Shown here: positions 1 through 13,290 of the stretch, in pieces
Layout: every line of letters begins with the position of its first letter
Numbering within the stretch: position 1 is the first letter of the stretch
Origin: Laetmonice hystrix
Taxonomy: Eukaryota
DNA length: 64,000 nucleotides
Assembly: GCA_965235115.1 (NCBI GenBank)
Contig: OZ249436.1
Location: 28,460,001 to 28,524,000 of the forward strand
Direction: 5' to 3'
Program-made: the position numbers and the translations under genes
The notes under the pieces: model-generated
The model's input: only the letters and a program-made list of their open reading frames with translations
Told to the model about the DNA's origin: nothing
The model's database searches: none

Positions 1-2182
1 TCAATCAAGGGTCTTAAAGGCAGGAATCAGTGCTTAAATCTTCAAGGAGTAATGCTGGATTCACTTGCTGCCCAATTGATACCAGAGTTTTTTGCCAGAC
101 TGAACCCTGATGACCACAGTATATATACTGCCACCCTGTCTGATCTTTACAACTGCACCATTTGGTATATCTACGGAAGCGGTTCAGTGCAATTTTCTCT
201 AACAAAAGTAAATCTGTAAAGTAAGTCATATTTGAAAAGGCAAAACCCCAGGGTTGTTTGCAGAGTGTACCGTGGACATGGAGCCCAGGCAGCCGATGGA
301 TTGGTCCCTGTATAGTACAAGTATCCGCCCCCAGGGTACTCACTACATTTCCGGAACAGTCCCGTGCACCGCCCTCCCGCCGAGAGAAGCCGGGACTTGG
401 TGGTACCTATACAACTGTTATTAGTTATTAGTACGAAGTATTGCCGATCACATCAGGCCCTTATCGGATGAACAGGATAGATTTTCCTCACAAGACAAAT
501 GTTCCCCAAACGCCCATGCTCCGCAAATGGTCTACTCTGGCACCATGACGGTGACATGATGGCAATCCTGATTTATTATGATTCTACGTTTCTTCTGGAA
601 ATCCATCAGTCTGTGTCAAAGTTTGGATGACTGCACAGTGGTTCCGTCATTGCTCCTCACATTTTGCGTTCCAGCAAAACAAATGCCAAAAGAATGGCAC
701 AAAATGGTTGAAACGTAGGTTTTATCTACAGGATAATTATGTTACCCATATTTCTGTCCGATGCTGTGTTTCTGCCCGAGGCTAAGAGCTTAGTTTGTCG
801 GTATTTCTATATATTCGTTGACACCTAGCTGTATTTTCATCTTACTTTTACGATTTTGTGTACAATACTGTTTGTAACATTAATGTTGGAAAGAACTGTC
901 AACAAAAACTGTTAGATCACATTCAAAAGCCTGATTATTGCGTTTACCGTCCTTGAGCTGCCTTCATCGATTTCCATAAAACAACTTGGCCCCGGTTCAA
1001 AGATTGGGATCTTAAGATCTGACGGTGTACTTAACGAATGAAGAGAGCTGGCACGTCCTATACTGTATGCGTTTGACTCTTTATGGAGTGAGTGCACGTA
1101 TGCTGCGTGCAGGACAGGGATGGATTGTAAGGCATGAAACTTTGATCTCTCCAGGGAGGCTGGGTTTCCGTGGCTAGGCATCACTGCAGGGTCATCCAGA
1201 CGACGGCAGGGGTCAGCTGGAAATCATCATAACCTTGGCTTTGATGTCGTACGGCGAGCACCTTGAACTATGTGCAAGCCTGCGGAACTTTCAGCCATGA
1301 TTCCAAAAAGGCGTATTAGCCGAAGGCATTCGGTCATTGGCACGCCGGTTGTGCCGTGTTTGGTTGTGTTGAGAGTTAATTCTTCTTTAGTAATAGAACT
1401 TTGGAGGCGACTTGTCCTAACGTAAACTCATTATTGGCCGTTGTTAATTGATGAAGTGCCATGTGTGTTGTGACTGTGTCCCAGGCACGGTGTGGCGAGC
1501 GTGGGATGAATTAGATGGTTTACCACCGTGCACGGCAGGGGGAGGGTAAATTGTTGGGGGCAAGAGTTACTCCCGACATTCAGGCAGTCGTAACACACCA
1601 TAAAAGGTTATCAGTTCCAGCTGAACTTCAGCATTCACTTCGAAACAGGAATACCAGCGAGACTGGTTTCTCATTATAGAATCGACATGGGGCATCGTCA
1701 TTGGCAGGAACATATTCATTACTGATACTAATGATGATGATGAGGATAATATCAGGAGTATCAGGAATAATACCGGGATTATGATGAAATATGTGAAGGT
1801 GATATGAAGATTTAGTTACCTGGCTGGTGTTATGATGCACCAGATCAATGCGTTTACTCCAACCCTATGCCAACACACGCAAACATAACTGGAAATACCT
1901 TCTGACGTCCATGACTGAATGATCAGTCTCCACCGTTCATTAAATCTGTTCTGTTCCTCTCGGTAATAGAATTTAATGAAGCGTTTTAATTATTGCCGCA
2001 TTACCTGTGAGGTCAGTATTCCTTCCAAAAACTCTTGGACATGGAGGCCCAGTTCAACATTGGCATTGCTTTCAGATTTGCCGCCAATTTAAAGATCCTT
2101 TAGTATCAACCGTGTCATTTATAATTCTTCCCGAGTTTGGCCTGTTAAGAAATATAATTTGTATGATGATGGGTGTACGATA

Positions 2183-2360
2183 CAGTGGCGGATCCAGCCC
2201 CCCCCCCCCCCCCCCCCGCCTGACTCCAGGGTTATCATTTTTCAGTGTGTCTGCGGCGCACCTATAAGAGGTTTTATACATTCATCAAGCCCCCCCCCCG
2301 TTGTAAAATTCTGGAAGTCGACCCCCCCCCCCCAGTTGCAAAGTCCTGGATCCGCCCCTG
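2183..2360. mobile_element. Short non-autonomous element (MITE) with CAGTGGCGGATCCAG...CTGGATCCGCCCCTG termini
   Basis: 15-bp terminal inverted repeat with 1 mismatch and internal poly-C runs. The same termini recur at 47786-48094. Confidence 0.7.
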
Positions 2361-3599
2361 CGATAGGTGGGTGTTAGGTGGTTCTGTTACCGCGGTACAG
2401 TTCCGGTCTAGGCCTATAGTGCAAAAGTTAGAATTGTTGGTAATTGGAAATGTGTTTAACAACGGAAACAAGTCGTTAAACTCCCATTAGAACATCCTCA
2501 GCTTGACGTAGTTTACATTATTAGAATGTCGACATAGAAGGTTCCGAACCGAATCGAATCATTGGTTTCAAATCCCAGATGCGCCCTTTTGAGGTCACAC
2601 TTTATGCAAACACCTGCACAGCAACATCCCAGCTGATCTTTTCTGATCATTGCTAAGGGGGTGTACTTGTTTGCTACCGGTAGCCATTCGACATAAACTG
2701 GAGAACGTCAGCCTGTTTGATGTGGATTCCCACATCATCAGTAATTGCCCGGGCAGTTTCCGTGATTTGGGCGACACTCGAATGATGACACATCACCGCG
2801 GTCAGAAGTAAACGTCAGTAGATGCTAATTCGCTTTACGTCTAGAGCTTCTCCAAGACGGATAAGCTTGTGGTTTGAGCTTAAGGCTGTTCTTTATTTGT
2901 CAGATTTTTCCTAGACTTTCTCTGCATTCATTCTGACTCCTTCGAACAGTCCGCTCGTGTTGAACAGGACAGATTTTCTTGCCAATGCCTAAGTAGCAGT
3001 CGTCATGATTATCAGCAATATTTGCATCTAATCCACAAATATGTGACGGTCGACTCGAATATTTTCACACATGACTGAGTAGCCAGCACAATTCAGTCGC
3101 TGACCTAAACACTAAACACCAGAGGACCGCCTGAACGCTTTGATATTCCTGCGCGCATGATTGATAATACGTGGAATGACTTGAGCCGCCCAAAGTCATG
3201 TTGTTACATAATGCACATAGATAAAATGAAATATGGAGAGAAGTGTGGGGAAACTACATGCAGTGTGATTTATATGGCAAGCATGGTGAAAACCCCCCAA
3301 AAAAAGAAGGTGAAATAGATGCCCAGTATGGCCTTGGTGTAAAGGAGTAGCGGTACGGCAATTATTCGATGGTAAGCCAAGCCCATCCTCCATGCTGTCC
3401 ATTACTCGACACCTGTCAGCCGACCGTATTCTGGTGACGTGCAGATGTTCAAGCTGTCATCCTACATTGCTCCCACTGGATTCGTGTCCAGAGAGGGCGT
3501 GACCTGGTCGCTTGACCTCAGTTGCCCTGTCAGGACCGGGGGGGGGGGATATGTCTGGACTGATATGGGCTGGCAGTCATCCTCCGTTGGGGGAAGAAG

Positions 3600-4700
3600 G
3601 TAGCTCTAGGGCGATCAGATGATGTTAAGAAAAATGATGGAGCCCGTCTTAAGTGGCCTTGGACACTTAGTCTTTTTTTGGGGTGCCGTATTTAATGTGG
3701 TGCAGTTTTGGTACATCCCGTGGCCATGCCCAGTTAGCCTCAGTTCATCAGAGATGCAAAGAGAGCCAAGCCGTGCTATCCACCACATTCATCTGAAGGT
3801 CATCAACGTCGTGCAGGCATTGGGTTCCGTGCGATGTGTGCTCAGGGATCAATAGACGCCTAGGGCCGCGTGTTCCGGGATCAGAATTCACACTTTGGTG
3901 TGAGTTCAGGGATCCAAATTCATAGAATGTTGTATGCTTACTGGCTGAAGTTCACTGGTGTCAAATGAAGGGTGTTTCTCTGAGGCAATAAGATAAGCAG
4001 CCGCACGAACAGCCATTCACGTCCTCGGACACTTGGCTGAAAACTATCCAGATCCAGGTAAAGATTGGCTGGATCCATGGAAACCAAAGAGTAGCAATAA
4101 TATCAAGATTTAGGCAACACCAGATATGGTGACTGGACCCTGAGCTGGTGGTTATAGGTGGCAGAATCTGGGTCACGATATTGGTGCCACCAGTCAGAGC
4201 ATTCAAGTCCTCAATAATGCAGGGCCGTGGGATTTGCATTTTTGGTGATTGCAAGTACATCTGACCTGAACTCCAGGCAGACATGGAAATATGTTACACC
4301 TGTATGGTTCTGGCTGACCATCCAGGACGTTGTTGGAAATTTGGCACCGTGGTTTTCTCAATGGCTTTATGAAGCATTAGATTATGCCGCTGCATATGTA
4401 CTCTTTAGTTTTTCTAGGCAAACCTCCCTAAGAATTAGCAAGATTCTCATGCCGCCAATCGCCGTTGAATTGAACTCTTGGGTGCCGGGCGCGCGACTGT
4501 TTGGCACCACGGTCGGCTGTTTGGCATGGGAGTATACATTGCAGACTGCAGTTGAATTGTTGGGTTGTTCTATGCAGTGGAAGTTGGCACCGGGGTTGGC
4601 AATGTTAGGCGTCTGGCATGATGAGGGAGTTGGAGTTTGACCCCGCAGCGGACGGTTTGGTTGAGTTTGGAATTGGACATCGTCGTGTCTCCTCCAAAAC
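3600..4700 (-). pseudogene. Highly degenerate Gypsy-like LTR retrotransposon pol relic (boundaries approximate)
   Basis: ORF 3961-4284 contains QIPRPCIIEDLNALTGGTNIVTQI, resembling the Gypsy RT segment YPIPRIEDLFATLAGGKxFTKLDL. CCLNLDIIAT sits near where YLDDILVT would be. Many stops and frameshifts. Confidence 0.3.
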
Positions 4701-7700
4701 AGAAGACTGACAACGCACAATCTAGCTCTCCCTGTTTCCTTGCCCAGTTGGAACCCTTTTACGAAATGGTTCTCATGGAATCGTAAGGAATTTACCCTGG
4801 CCTGGGTAGTGGCGTATCATGTATGATGTCCCGAGATTGCATTATTTGATGGTGTTTTTTATTTAAATTTCCTAGAGGAGCATATGGCCTGGAAGAAAGA
4901 TCCTCTCTTCCTCTGTCGTTCCATTTTCATTTCTGTTAGCCCGCCAAAAGTGAGGTAAATCTCTGACTCTGGCAGTGAGGGACTCGAATATTGGTAACCA
5001 CGTCATCGTAATAATAACCTCATCAAAAAACGGGGCAAACAGATGACAATCTCTATGGCTCTCGTCATGAAATCAAAAAGGTTGAAAGTAATTGCCGTGA
5101 TGACATAAGCAAACCAACCCTGCCAACAGTGCAAGTTCCCAGCAGGTTGTCATTATTAACGAGGTCGTCGTAATTACAGGCCGTTTTAGTGTATACTAGC
5201 GACATTGAGCCTCAAACTCTAATAACAGTTTTTTATGAAACACTTTCTGAAGCTTCGAAAAGTCTCGTCTCGTTATTAACCTTCCAAAATGATAACGATT
5301 TTTTTTTCTAACGCAGAACGTATCGCTATTAACGCGGTGGCCATGTGACTATTGCTCATTCGTTCGCTGAAGCCTAGGGAGACTGATGCCCAAATAAACA
5401 TGGAGATACCAAACGACTGCCATTATTTCTCTAACCTCCCCTGACTGGAATTTTAAAGTAGGTCTCGATTGATAAAACCGCACGAGATTCGAATTTTTAA
5501 CTAATTCTTTCTAAGATTAGAAAGAAAATTGTCACTTTTTTGTATTCCCCTTGGACGGAATCATTTTTTACCTATGTGGTAAAAATGTTGTTCCACATTT
5601 GAGGTAATCTGTCTTCACATTTGTCGTAAAACTTTTAACATATGCCGTTGCTCTGTTTTACACATGACGTTGAGTTTTACATAATTCAGAGGTTTCACTT
5701 ATGGCGGAAATTTCAAATTTGAGGGTGTGACACACGACATCTCCCGCTCTCCCGATGTATTCGGTGTTTTTTCATATAAGACGTGATGCTGTATCAGCGA
5801 CTGTCCCATCTCGCCATTTGAAAAAAAGAGATGTAGAATAGCCTGCTCCTTTAGTTTTTTGGTAGACCACCTCGTTCGAAATCCTGAAACTTTAGAATGA
5901 AAATTGTTGAAAATTCACTTTCCTGAAAATTCACATTGGAACTTTGATCTGTGAATTGAGATCAATAATTGACGCTTAAACAAATCATCACACAGAGATA
6001 TAATTTTCCCCGACTCCTGAAACACAAGAAATGCTCCAAGCAGTGTAAATTTACACTCGGTGGGAACGGCTACCACAGGTCTTTCAGTTCCAATTTCCGT
6101 GTATTTAGCCTTGAAGTCTGTTGTGGTAATCGTAATTAAAGCTATCGGGATTTTCAGTATTAGAAATGTCATTTTGGACGGACCTTCCATCAGACCATGG
6201 ACTCATCCCTTATTTAAGCTGATCTGAACTATTAATACCTAATCGGGTGTATGAGGGTCGGCGTGAGTGAAAAATTGACAGTTCCGATGAGTTGTCAGAA
6301 GGGGATCCCTTCCTCCGCCATTACAACTCCAAACTTTGTAACTGCGGTGTCACGGGCCTGGCATTTATTTAGTTTCACACGGACGTTTTAATCTAGAGAG
6401 TCTGACACAAATCAACCGTTAGACATCTTTGAAAGCTGAAATGAATTATGACATATGAGTAGGATGATTTTATTATTGCAGTATATTCAGGCTTGCCGTC
6501 GAGGTGAGGTGGAAATTATTGTACGGTATTATGTAGATCTAACATCTCATATCATATGTCAGCTTGCTCACGGAGTTAACGTATATCATGGTAGAACTTA
6601 TACATTTCTGATGTAATGCACACCTAGTGTAGTTCAGGATTCATCTTTAACGTGTTTTCTACTTTCTATAGAAAGGTAACCCATGTTTCTAACTGTCTAG
6701 AGAGACAAAGAGGCTAGAGCAGGTATTGTATTACACATTATGGTATAACGCATAGATCTATCGTTGTATCTGATGCTACCAATTATAAAAACAAGTAACC
6801 AATGGAGATGTCTCTCATATCGACCAATGAGCCTCCCTGAATGACGTACATTTGCGGCCTGCGACTGCATTAGAGTTCATGTTACCTATGCTAGACGGAA
6901 GACGGAACCTGTTCATTAAAGGAGCCTATCTCGCCATTTTCAGGTGTAAAAGTACAGAGCCGGTCCAATGCATATCTCCTGTTTATGTGGCCATGCCAAC
7001 ATCATTCTTCCAGGAACAAAAGCGAACCGCCATTTATGCGGTCCATTTCCTGGCCATTAGTGGTCAAACCATCTTACCGTATTATTAAGAAGTTTTTGCT
7101 AGGGAACAAGGTAGGAAAGACAGAAAAAATGAAATATTTTAGTAAGAACATTTTAAGGAGACTTGATTATCGTCAGGGCACAAAGGAAGAGGACAAAGGA
7201 AGAAATAGTGATGGCATGTTTCATTAGTTTGTGGTTCTTTTTAATTAAATGAGATTTAAATCGTGCTTGTTGATTTGTTTGATTATTATAATTTTGGAAT
7301 GATAGAGCTTAATCTCTTGAAGATCCACTGATTTAAGAAATTAATGGAATGGAGTTTTTGAGCCCTACCGACCCTCACAGAGGTATAAATCAAGGTAACC
7401 TTGTTTAGTAAGATGAGTTGATGGCGTGTAGCTGTAATCACATGCGATCCTTCATTCAGGGGTGGTTGTACTGTTAACCCTCTCTCAAGGACGGTTTGTG
7501 TCAACATGAGGGAGGCGGAACCTTACCGATGTCCAGCGGACATACAACTGTTTATACCTAAATATATAATAAACATACTCGAATGTAAAAAAAGTAAACG
7601 TATACCTCACTATAATATAGATGGCTGATATAAAAGATCCCCGGTATGTCTTAGCGTGTTAATAAAAAGGAATATACATATATTATCTCAGTTTTTATTG

Positions 7701-8694
7701 TGAACTGGTCAAACTAACAGCCTAGCGTGAGAGCGATTTTAATACCGCATGAAATCTACTGATATTAATACTACCTATACAACCCTCCGAAAATTAGGTC
7801 ATCATTATCTTTCCCAGTCTCTAGACAGCGAAAGAAGGAAAACTTGAGAAGTGCATTCATCTACTTTTACTGTTTATTGATGGTAGATTATACACACACC
7901 TGTACACAGTGTAAGCTCTAGACGGCCAAGTATGCATTGTATGTGATGTATAGACCGAGTAGTTTACAAAGGATGGGTCGTCTAGACATGACAAAAGGTA
8001 GACCTACCACAGGTAGACCTACCACAGACATAAGATAGATATAGAACCAGAGGCACCCACTGTGAAACATAAATATCATGATAAGTGCGGTGAAGTGGTT
8101 ATCTGCACATGTTAGACTGTCAGTACCATGATTCTATCACCTCGATAACGTGTTTAACGTCTTATAATTATCTCAATGCATCAGTAAACTTAACGAGTGT
8201 AGAGGCGAGAAGTTGCTATTGTTCATTTTAGGCCTACTCCTTAAAGATACCAGTTAGCAGCACTGTTGTTACCGGCAGATAAGAATTAAGCATTCAAGAG
8301 TTAGATTGGTGTGCTTGCATGGCCACAGTCATATTACTGCTCGGTAAAAAAACACGCTTGAGTAGATGTAAGTCTAGGATCACGATTCTCCACAAAGGCA
8401 GCACACTAGACACGGAGAGTGATAGATCAAATAGCCCAGCGACACAGCTTCGTAATGCAACGATCGGAAGACACCCTGACTGAGCAAGTAGGTAGAACTG
8501 TCCCTGTTCAACATCGAGAAAGATTTCAGTAAGATTTTCATTCAGGAGGTCTAGCAACAGGCCTGTAAGATGACTTGCCAACTAGGGCGCGGACGTTCAT
8601 ATAGGCCTATATGCAAGGGCTGAAAATCAGTTAATTTCTCCGGATTTTTTTTACGAGTGATACTGATAGAATATATTTAGAAGGGGGTTAGGGG

Positions 8695-8935
8695 CCTATA
8701 CTGCCGTGAAATGACAAAAGGAAGCAAGTCCGACTTTCGTGTAAATTTGGATTCAGGGAATTAAGTCCTATCTATCAATGGGTGTATTTCTGCTAAACAT
8801 CTCTGAAGCTATCAGTCACATAACAAAAGGGAGCAAGTCCAGCCAAGTGCACTGTAGAGAAAACTTGTTTATGTCCATTTCTCGAAACTTGAACTTTTGG
8901 ACTTGCTTCCTTTTGTCATTTCACGGCAGTATAGG
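8695..8935. mobile_element. MITE with perfect 37-bp terminal inverted repeats (possibly Tc1/mariner-type)
   Basis: CCTATACTGCCGTGAAATGACAAAAGGAAGCAAGTCC at 8695-8731 and its exact reverse complement at 8899-8935. Partial internal copy near 8821. Confidence 0.75.
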
Positions 8936-9653
8936 TCACTATAGGCCTACTGTCTTCGTCCTCCCCATGTGGCTGTACGGGCTGTTCAGTAAGCGATTAA
9001 GTACAGGTATCGTACGTGGAATTTATTCTGAGCTCTTCAGGTAAAACAGTCGTACCACACCCGGTCTGATACTCCTAACATACCGTACTACACATCTATG
9101 GTTTCACCACGTCACGATCGAGGCACAGAAAATACAGCAGTAGGCCGTTATGGAAACAACTAGAGCCGCCATTGTCCACCAGAGGGACCAAGGGTGGGTA
9201 GTGGTAGAATCAGACGACAGGTGGCAGCACACGCGGCCTCACTCCTCTGTCGCAGTCTATCAGGTGTGATGTTCTTAAAACACAATAAAGAGGTCTATTG
9301 ATTTCTATTTAGAATCATTTTTGATGTTGGGAGAATTTCGAAGATTTTGCTGTGAGTAGTAGTGTAAAGCCTGATATAGGTTTCTGCGCCTGAGCCTTGC
9401 TTGACCTTGTATGTTTGAATGTAGGCCTATTGTCATGATCGACCAAGGATAAGGTTTTATAACCTATCGATATCAATACCAGTATAATGTTAAACGTCTG
9501 AAAGGTTTCTAAGGCGGCCACATCTGTACGTCAGTCTGTCACCGACCACATATTATACGCCTAATGAACGTGCGAAAGAAACCGTCTTCGCGCGAGGATT
9601 ACATCATGCTATAAGATAAACCACAAAGTCTCATGTTAATTTGTATGAGATGC

Positions 9654-9860
9654 TGTGTTTGTTCCTGGAGATAAATATCTCTAATGAATCTATTTGTGGC
9701 TGGTAAATTTTTTAATACAAATTTCTACTAGTCTTTGCTGATTGCACATGAATAAGATGTGTTTGTTCTGGGAGATAAATATCTCTAATGAATCTATTAG
9801 TGGCTGGTAGTTTTTTAAATACAAATTTGTATTTGCTGATTGCACATGGATAAGATATGT
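9654..9860. repeat. Imperfect ~104-bp tandem duplication
   Basis: TGTGTTTGTTC..GGAGATAAATATCTCTAATGAATCTATT starts at both 9654 and 9758. Confidence 0.7.
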
Positions 9861-10248
9861 GTAGGGGCAGAGAAACTCTCTCGATAGCCAATACAATTAA
9901 TGCCCTGTTATTCCGGATTTTTAAACAATAGTACTGGTTGATAATTTACCATCTAGGTGAACAAAACATGTTTTAAGCGTCCAGATCATTTGTATCATCC
10001 AGTGGAATGAGTAACAGTGATGCTTATTCAAATAATCATAGTCAGAGTAACCCGGTTTAGCTATAGGACCAAACCGTACGTACGGCGACCACAGCCGCAC
10101 TTGGCTGTCTATATTGGTGATACCGAAGGTCAATAACCAGTCCCGTGTTCTGTTGTTGAGAGTGGTGTGTTTGGTGTGTTAGGTCCGTGTAAGGTTCTGT
10201 GTGGGTGAGCAGGGGAGGGCATTGATTTCCTTGCTGAGGAAACAGTGT

Positions 10249-10503
10249 GGGTGGGTGGGTATTTGGGGTTTTACGCCTTGCAACAGCCAGGGTCATATCA
10301 CGGCGGTGAAGATGAGATGAAAGTCAGTTTTTCTTGGTGGAGGAAACCGGAGTACCCGGAGGAAACCACCGACCTTCGGGAAGGAACTGACTGACAAACC
10401 TTTCACACATGCAGCCCAGGCCGGGAATCGAACCCGGGTCGCAGCGGTGTGAGGCGATGGTCCTAGTTGTCATGATGGAGCCGACACCTTAGACCACTCG
10501 GCC
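10249..10503 (-). mobile_element. tRNA-derived SINE, copy 1 (slightly 5'-truncated)
   Basis: On the - strand: A-box-like GGCCGAGTGG, B-box GGTTCGATTCC, central GGTTTCCTCCGGGTACTCCGGTTTCCTCCACC (V-SINE-like core) and (ACCC)n tail. 13-bp TSD GAGGAAACAGTGT at 10236-10248 and 10504-10516. Confidence 0.9.
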
Positions 10504-11932
10504 GAGGAAACAGTGTATCCTGACCAGGATCAGCTGAGAAGAGCTGGTACTCTCCCACCCTGGCCTTTTCTCACCCTCCGAAACTGGACGCAGAGAAACA
10601 AAGACCGGAGTTTTGTTTGAAGTGGAGGTGCGGAATGGGTTTTAGGCATTGAGTCCAGCAGACATTCACTCTGTTCTGTACGCGGTAACAGAAACAGGTT
10701 TTGGATCGAGAAAAGGAAAACCATGTCCGTATTCTCAGGGGTCGAGACAAAACGAATCCACACGCACACGCAAAGTCAAGAATGTTAGGAGCAAAAGAAG
10801 GTCGAATTGGGGCTAGCTCTCCTGGAACTCCGGATTTTCAATTCAAAGTAAATTAATGAATAAAAGTTTGTTCGTACTCACTCTGAATGTTCTTTTAATG
10901 AAAAACAGCATTGAAGAAATGGACATCCCCCCCCTCCCCAATTTCCCCCTGAACTTTAACACCACCATAGCTCATGGCTCAATTGGAGCAGCAAGCAATA
11001 AAAGACCCAACTTTGCCTGCCACCTGCGCTTAAGAAGGCCGCATGAGATTGTACTTTATTCAGCCGACAAACCAATATCCCAGGAAAGCCGGAACTGCTT
11101 TTTATTACCCCCCATAAGACTGCTATAAATGAAGTAAAGAAATGTGCCGTATTGAATTTAGACGGCCCAGGTACTTGTGTACAGGGCTTGTCGTCACACA
11201 GTGCTTTCTTTTTTTTTCTTGACGTAGATATTAGTGAGGCGGTTGGAACATTGACGTGGCACCTGTGTTAGTGGCGCGGAGAGTGGGGGTTTTGTCACGG
11301 TGACGTGAGTGTGGGAGAGGGTTTGTGTGTTAGGGCTTCGTGGGACACGGTGTCGCCACAAGGTGATTCTAGGCTGGTGGCCACCAGCCAAACTTCATCA
11401 GCGTTCATTACGGGAACGCTTTTATCAAACAGTTAATGCAGACACGTAGAGACTGTGCATATTAAGTGACCTTGGCTGGACGGCCGTTACATTTAATTGG
11501 GGCCAGCAACCCAAGCACTTGCTTCCTGTCATGCTGAGATAGACTGCCTTTGAAAGCCATCGGGCGTGATATCTGTAGCCAGGTAACAAATGCAGAGTTG
11601 TTCTGAATGAGACTTTTATATGTGGGAACGGTTGCGTTTTGGTTAAAAAAAGAGAGAAAAGATTGTGGGGTACTACGTATCTGCCGGTTCGCAAGGTCAT
11701 TACATGACCACTTAAATATACGATAGTATAGGACTACTTCGAACTGTTTTCGGACTAGGAACTGTGTGAGCACTGTGACTTTACCACTGAGATTTACCAC
11801 TATAAATCTAATGATATTAGTCCCTCTCGAGGCCAACCACGTAGGTAACCCCCCCCCCCCCCCGATAATCAGGCAAAAGTGTCTTTGAATTATAGATAGA
11901 AAATGTCTGGGCGCTGTGTTAGTTTACCAGAT

Positions 11933-11950
11933 TGGCCACTAGAGGGCAGG
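11933..11950 (+). promoter_or_regulatory. CTCF-like motif
   Basis: TGGCCACTAGAGGGCAGG closely matches the bilaterian CTCF consensus. Motif match only. Confidence 0.35.
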
Positions 11951-12293
11951 ACCGATACTTTATTTTAGTTTGTCAGAGCGGTGAAAAGATTAAGCGTAAG
12001 TCGTCTTCTTTATTACATAGCTTTTATCATATACCTGCCTCGGCCTATTAAGTGAGTAGGAAGCCAAGGAGATTTATGCCTTTAACATAATTTATCTAAT
12101 GAACAGTAGTTTTATCTCTTTACCTTTTTCCTATAGCAAGTATGGTCCAACGTGCACTTTTAGACACATCAAATTCATAAATAATAAAAAGATATCCCCC
12201 CCCCCCACTCGCTAAACAAAAGCATAATTTATTATTTCCTCCACCCAGTTGCTTTGTCCTATTCGTATTTACTTGGACGCGAGCATGTTTCAC

Positions 12294-12670
12294 TGACACC
12301 AGAAGCTGGACAATGTGCCATGAACGGCCAACCAGAATCCTGTCTCGGGTCCAGCCGCATGCCGTCCGGCCGATGGATTCATACAGTGACACCAGAAGCT
12401 GGACAATGTGCCATGAACGACCAACCAGAATCCTGTCTCGGGTCCAGCCGCATGCCGTCCGGCAGATGGATTCATACAGTGACACCAGAAACTGGACAAT
12501 GTGCCATGAGCGGCCAACCAGAATCCTGTCTCGGGTCCAGCCACATGCCGTGCGGCCGATGGATTCATACAGTGACACCAGAAACTGGACAATGTGCCAT
12601 GAGCGGCCAACCAGAATCCTGTCTCGGGTCCAGCCGCATGCCGTCCGGCCGATGGATTCATACAGTGACA
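12294..12670. repeat. Minisatellite, 93-bp unit x ~4
   Basis: TGACACCAGAA.CTGGACAATGTGCCATGA...GATGGATTCATACAG repeated. Explains the 31-aa periodic ORFs in four frames. Confidence 0.95.
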
Positions 12671-13077
12671 CTGGTCCCTGATCGTACAACAGGATCTCCC
12701 CTCTTAATTACCCAGTCCTGCCAGGCGTGTGGGCTTCAGATAGTGGCCTCCCATGTGATGTAGGATATAACCGGGATGTCCAAACAAATGCCGGTGTTCC
12801 GGGCCGCTTGGGTGGGGCTTTGACCAGGACTGGCATGTATGGCCGGCTGGCTGGCTCTGCCGGTTAGCCAGCCAGTCTCCCATGCGGGTTATCGCTTGCC
12901 TTGGTTGATAGTGCTCGGATAGCCAGATGAGGCGGACCTCCCCCCCCCCCCCCCACTCCCCAACCTCCCATCCCCTCCCGGCGGGACCTGTCTATAGTCT
13001 ATGGCTCTCCGGTGGTTGAACTCTGATCGACCCTCCACCTGACAGGAGTCAGACGGCGTCAGTCAAGTACCAGTCTG

Positions 13078-13290
13078 CGGCATACACGTGCGACTGTGGA
13101 CGAAACAGTGGGACATGTATGCCGGCATACACGTGCGACTGTAGACGAAACAGTGGGACGTGTATGCCGGCATACACGTGCGACTGTAGACGAAACAGTG
13201 GGACGTGTATGCCGGCATACACGTGCGACTGTGGACGAAACAGTGGGACGTGTATGCCGGCATACACGTGCGACTGTGAACGAAATAGTG
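13078..13290. repeat. Minisatellite, 45-bp self-complementary unit x ~4.7
   Basis: CGGCATACACGTGCGACTGT(A/G)GACGAAACAGTGGGACGTGTATGC units start at 13078, 13123, 13168, 13213 and 13258. Confidence 0.95.

Noticed and set aside
10400..10503. tRNA gene
   Set aside because: The A/B boxes belong to the SINE head; no complete cloverleaf, and the copies have TSDs.
12120..12763. ORFs of 122-189 aa with 31-aa repeats
   Set aside because: Product of the 93-bp tandem array.
13078..13290. Hammerhead ribozyme/retrozyme in the 45-bp repeat (CTGTAGA-CGAAAC)
   Set aside because: The core is not CUGANGA and there is no stem II; the similarity is superficial.
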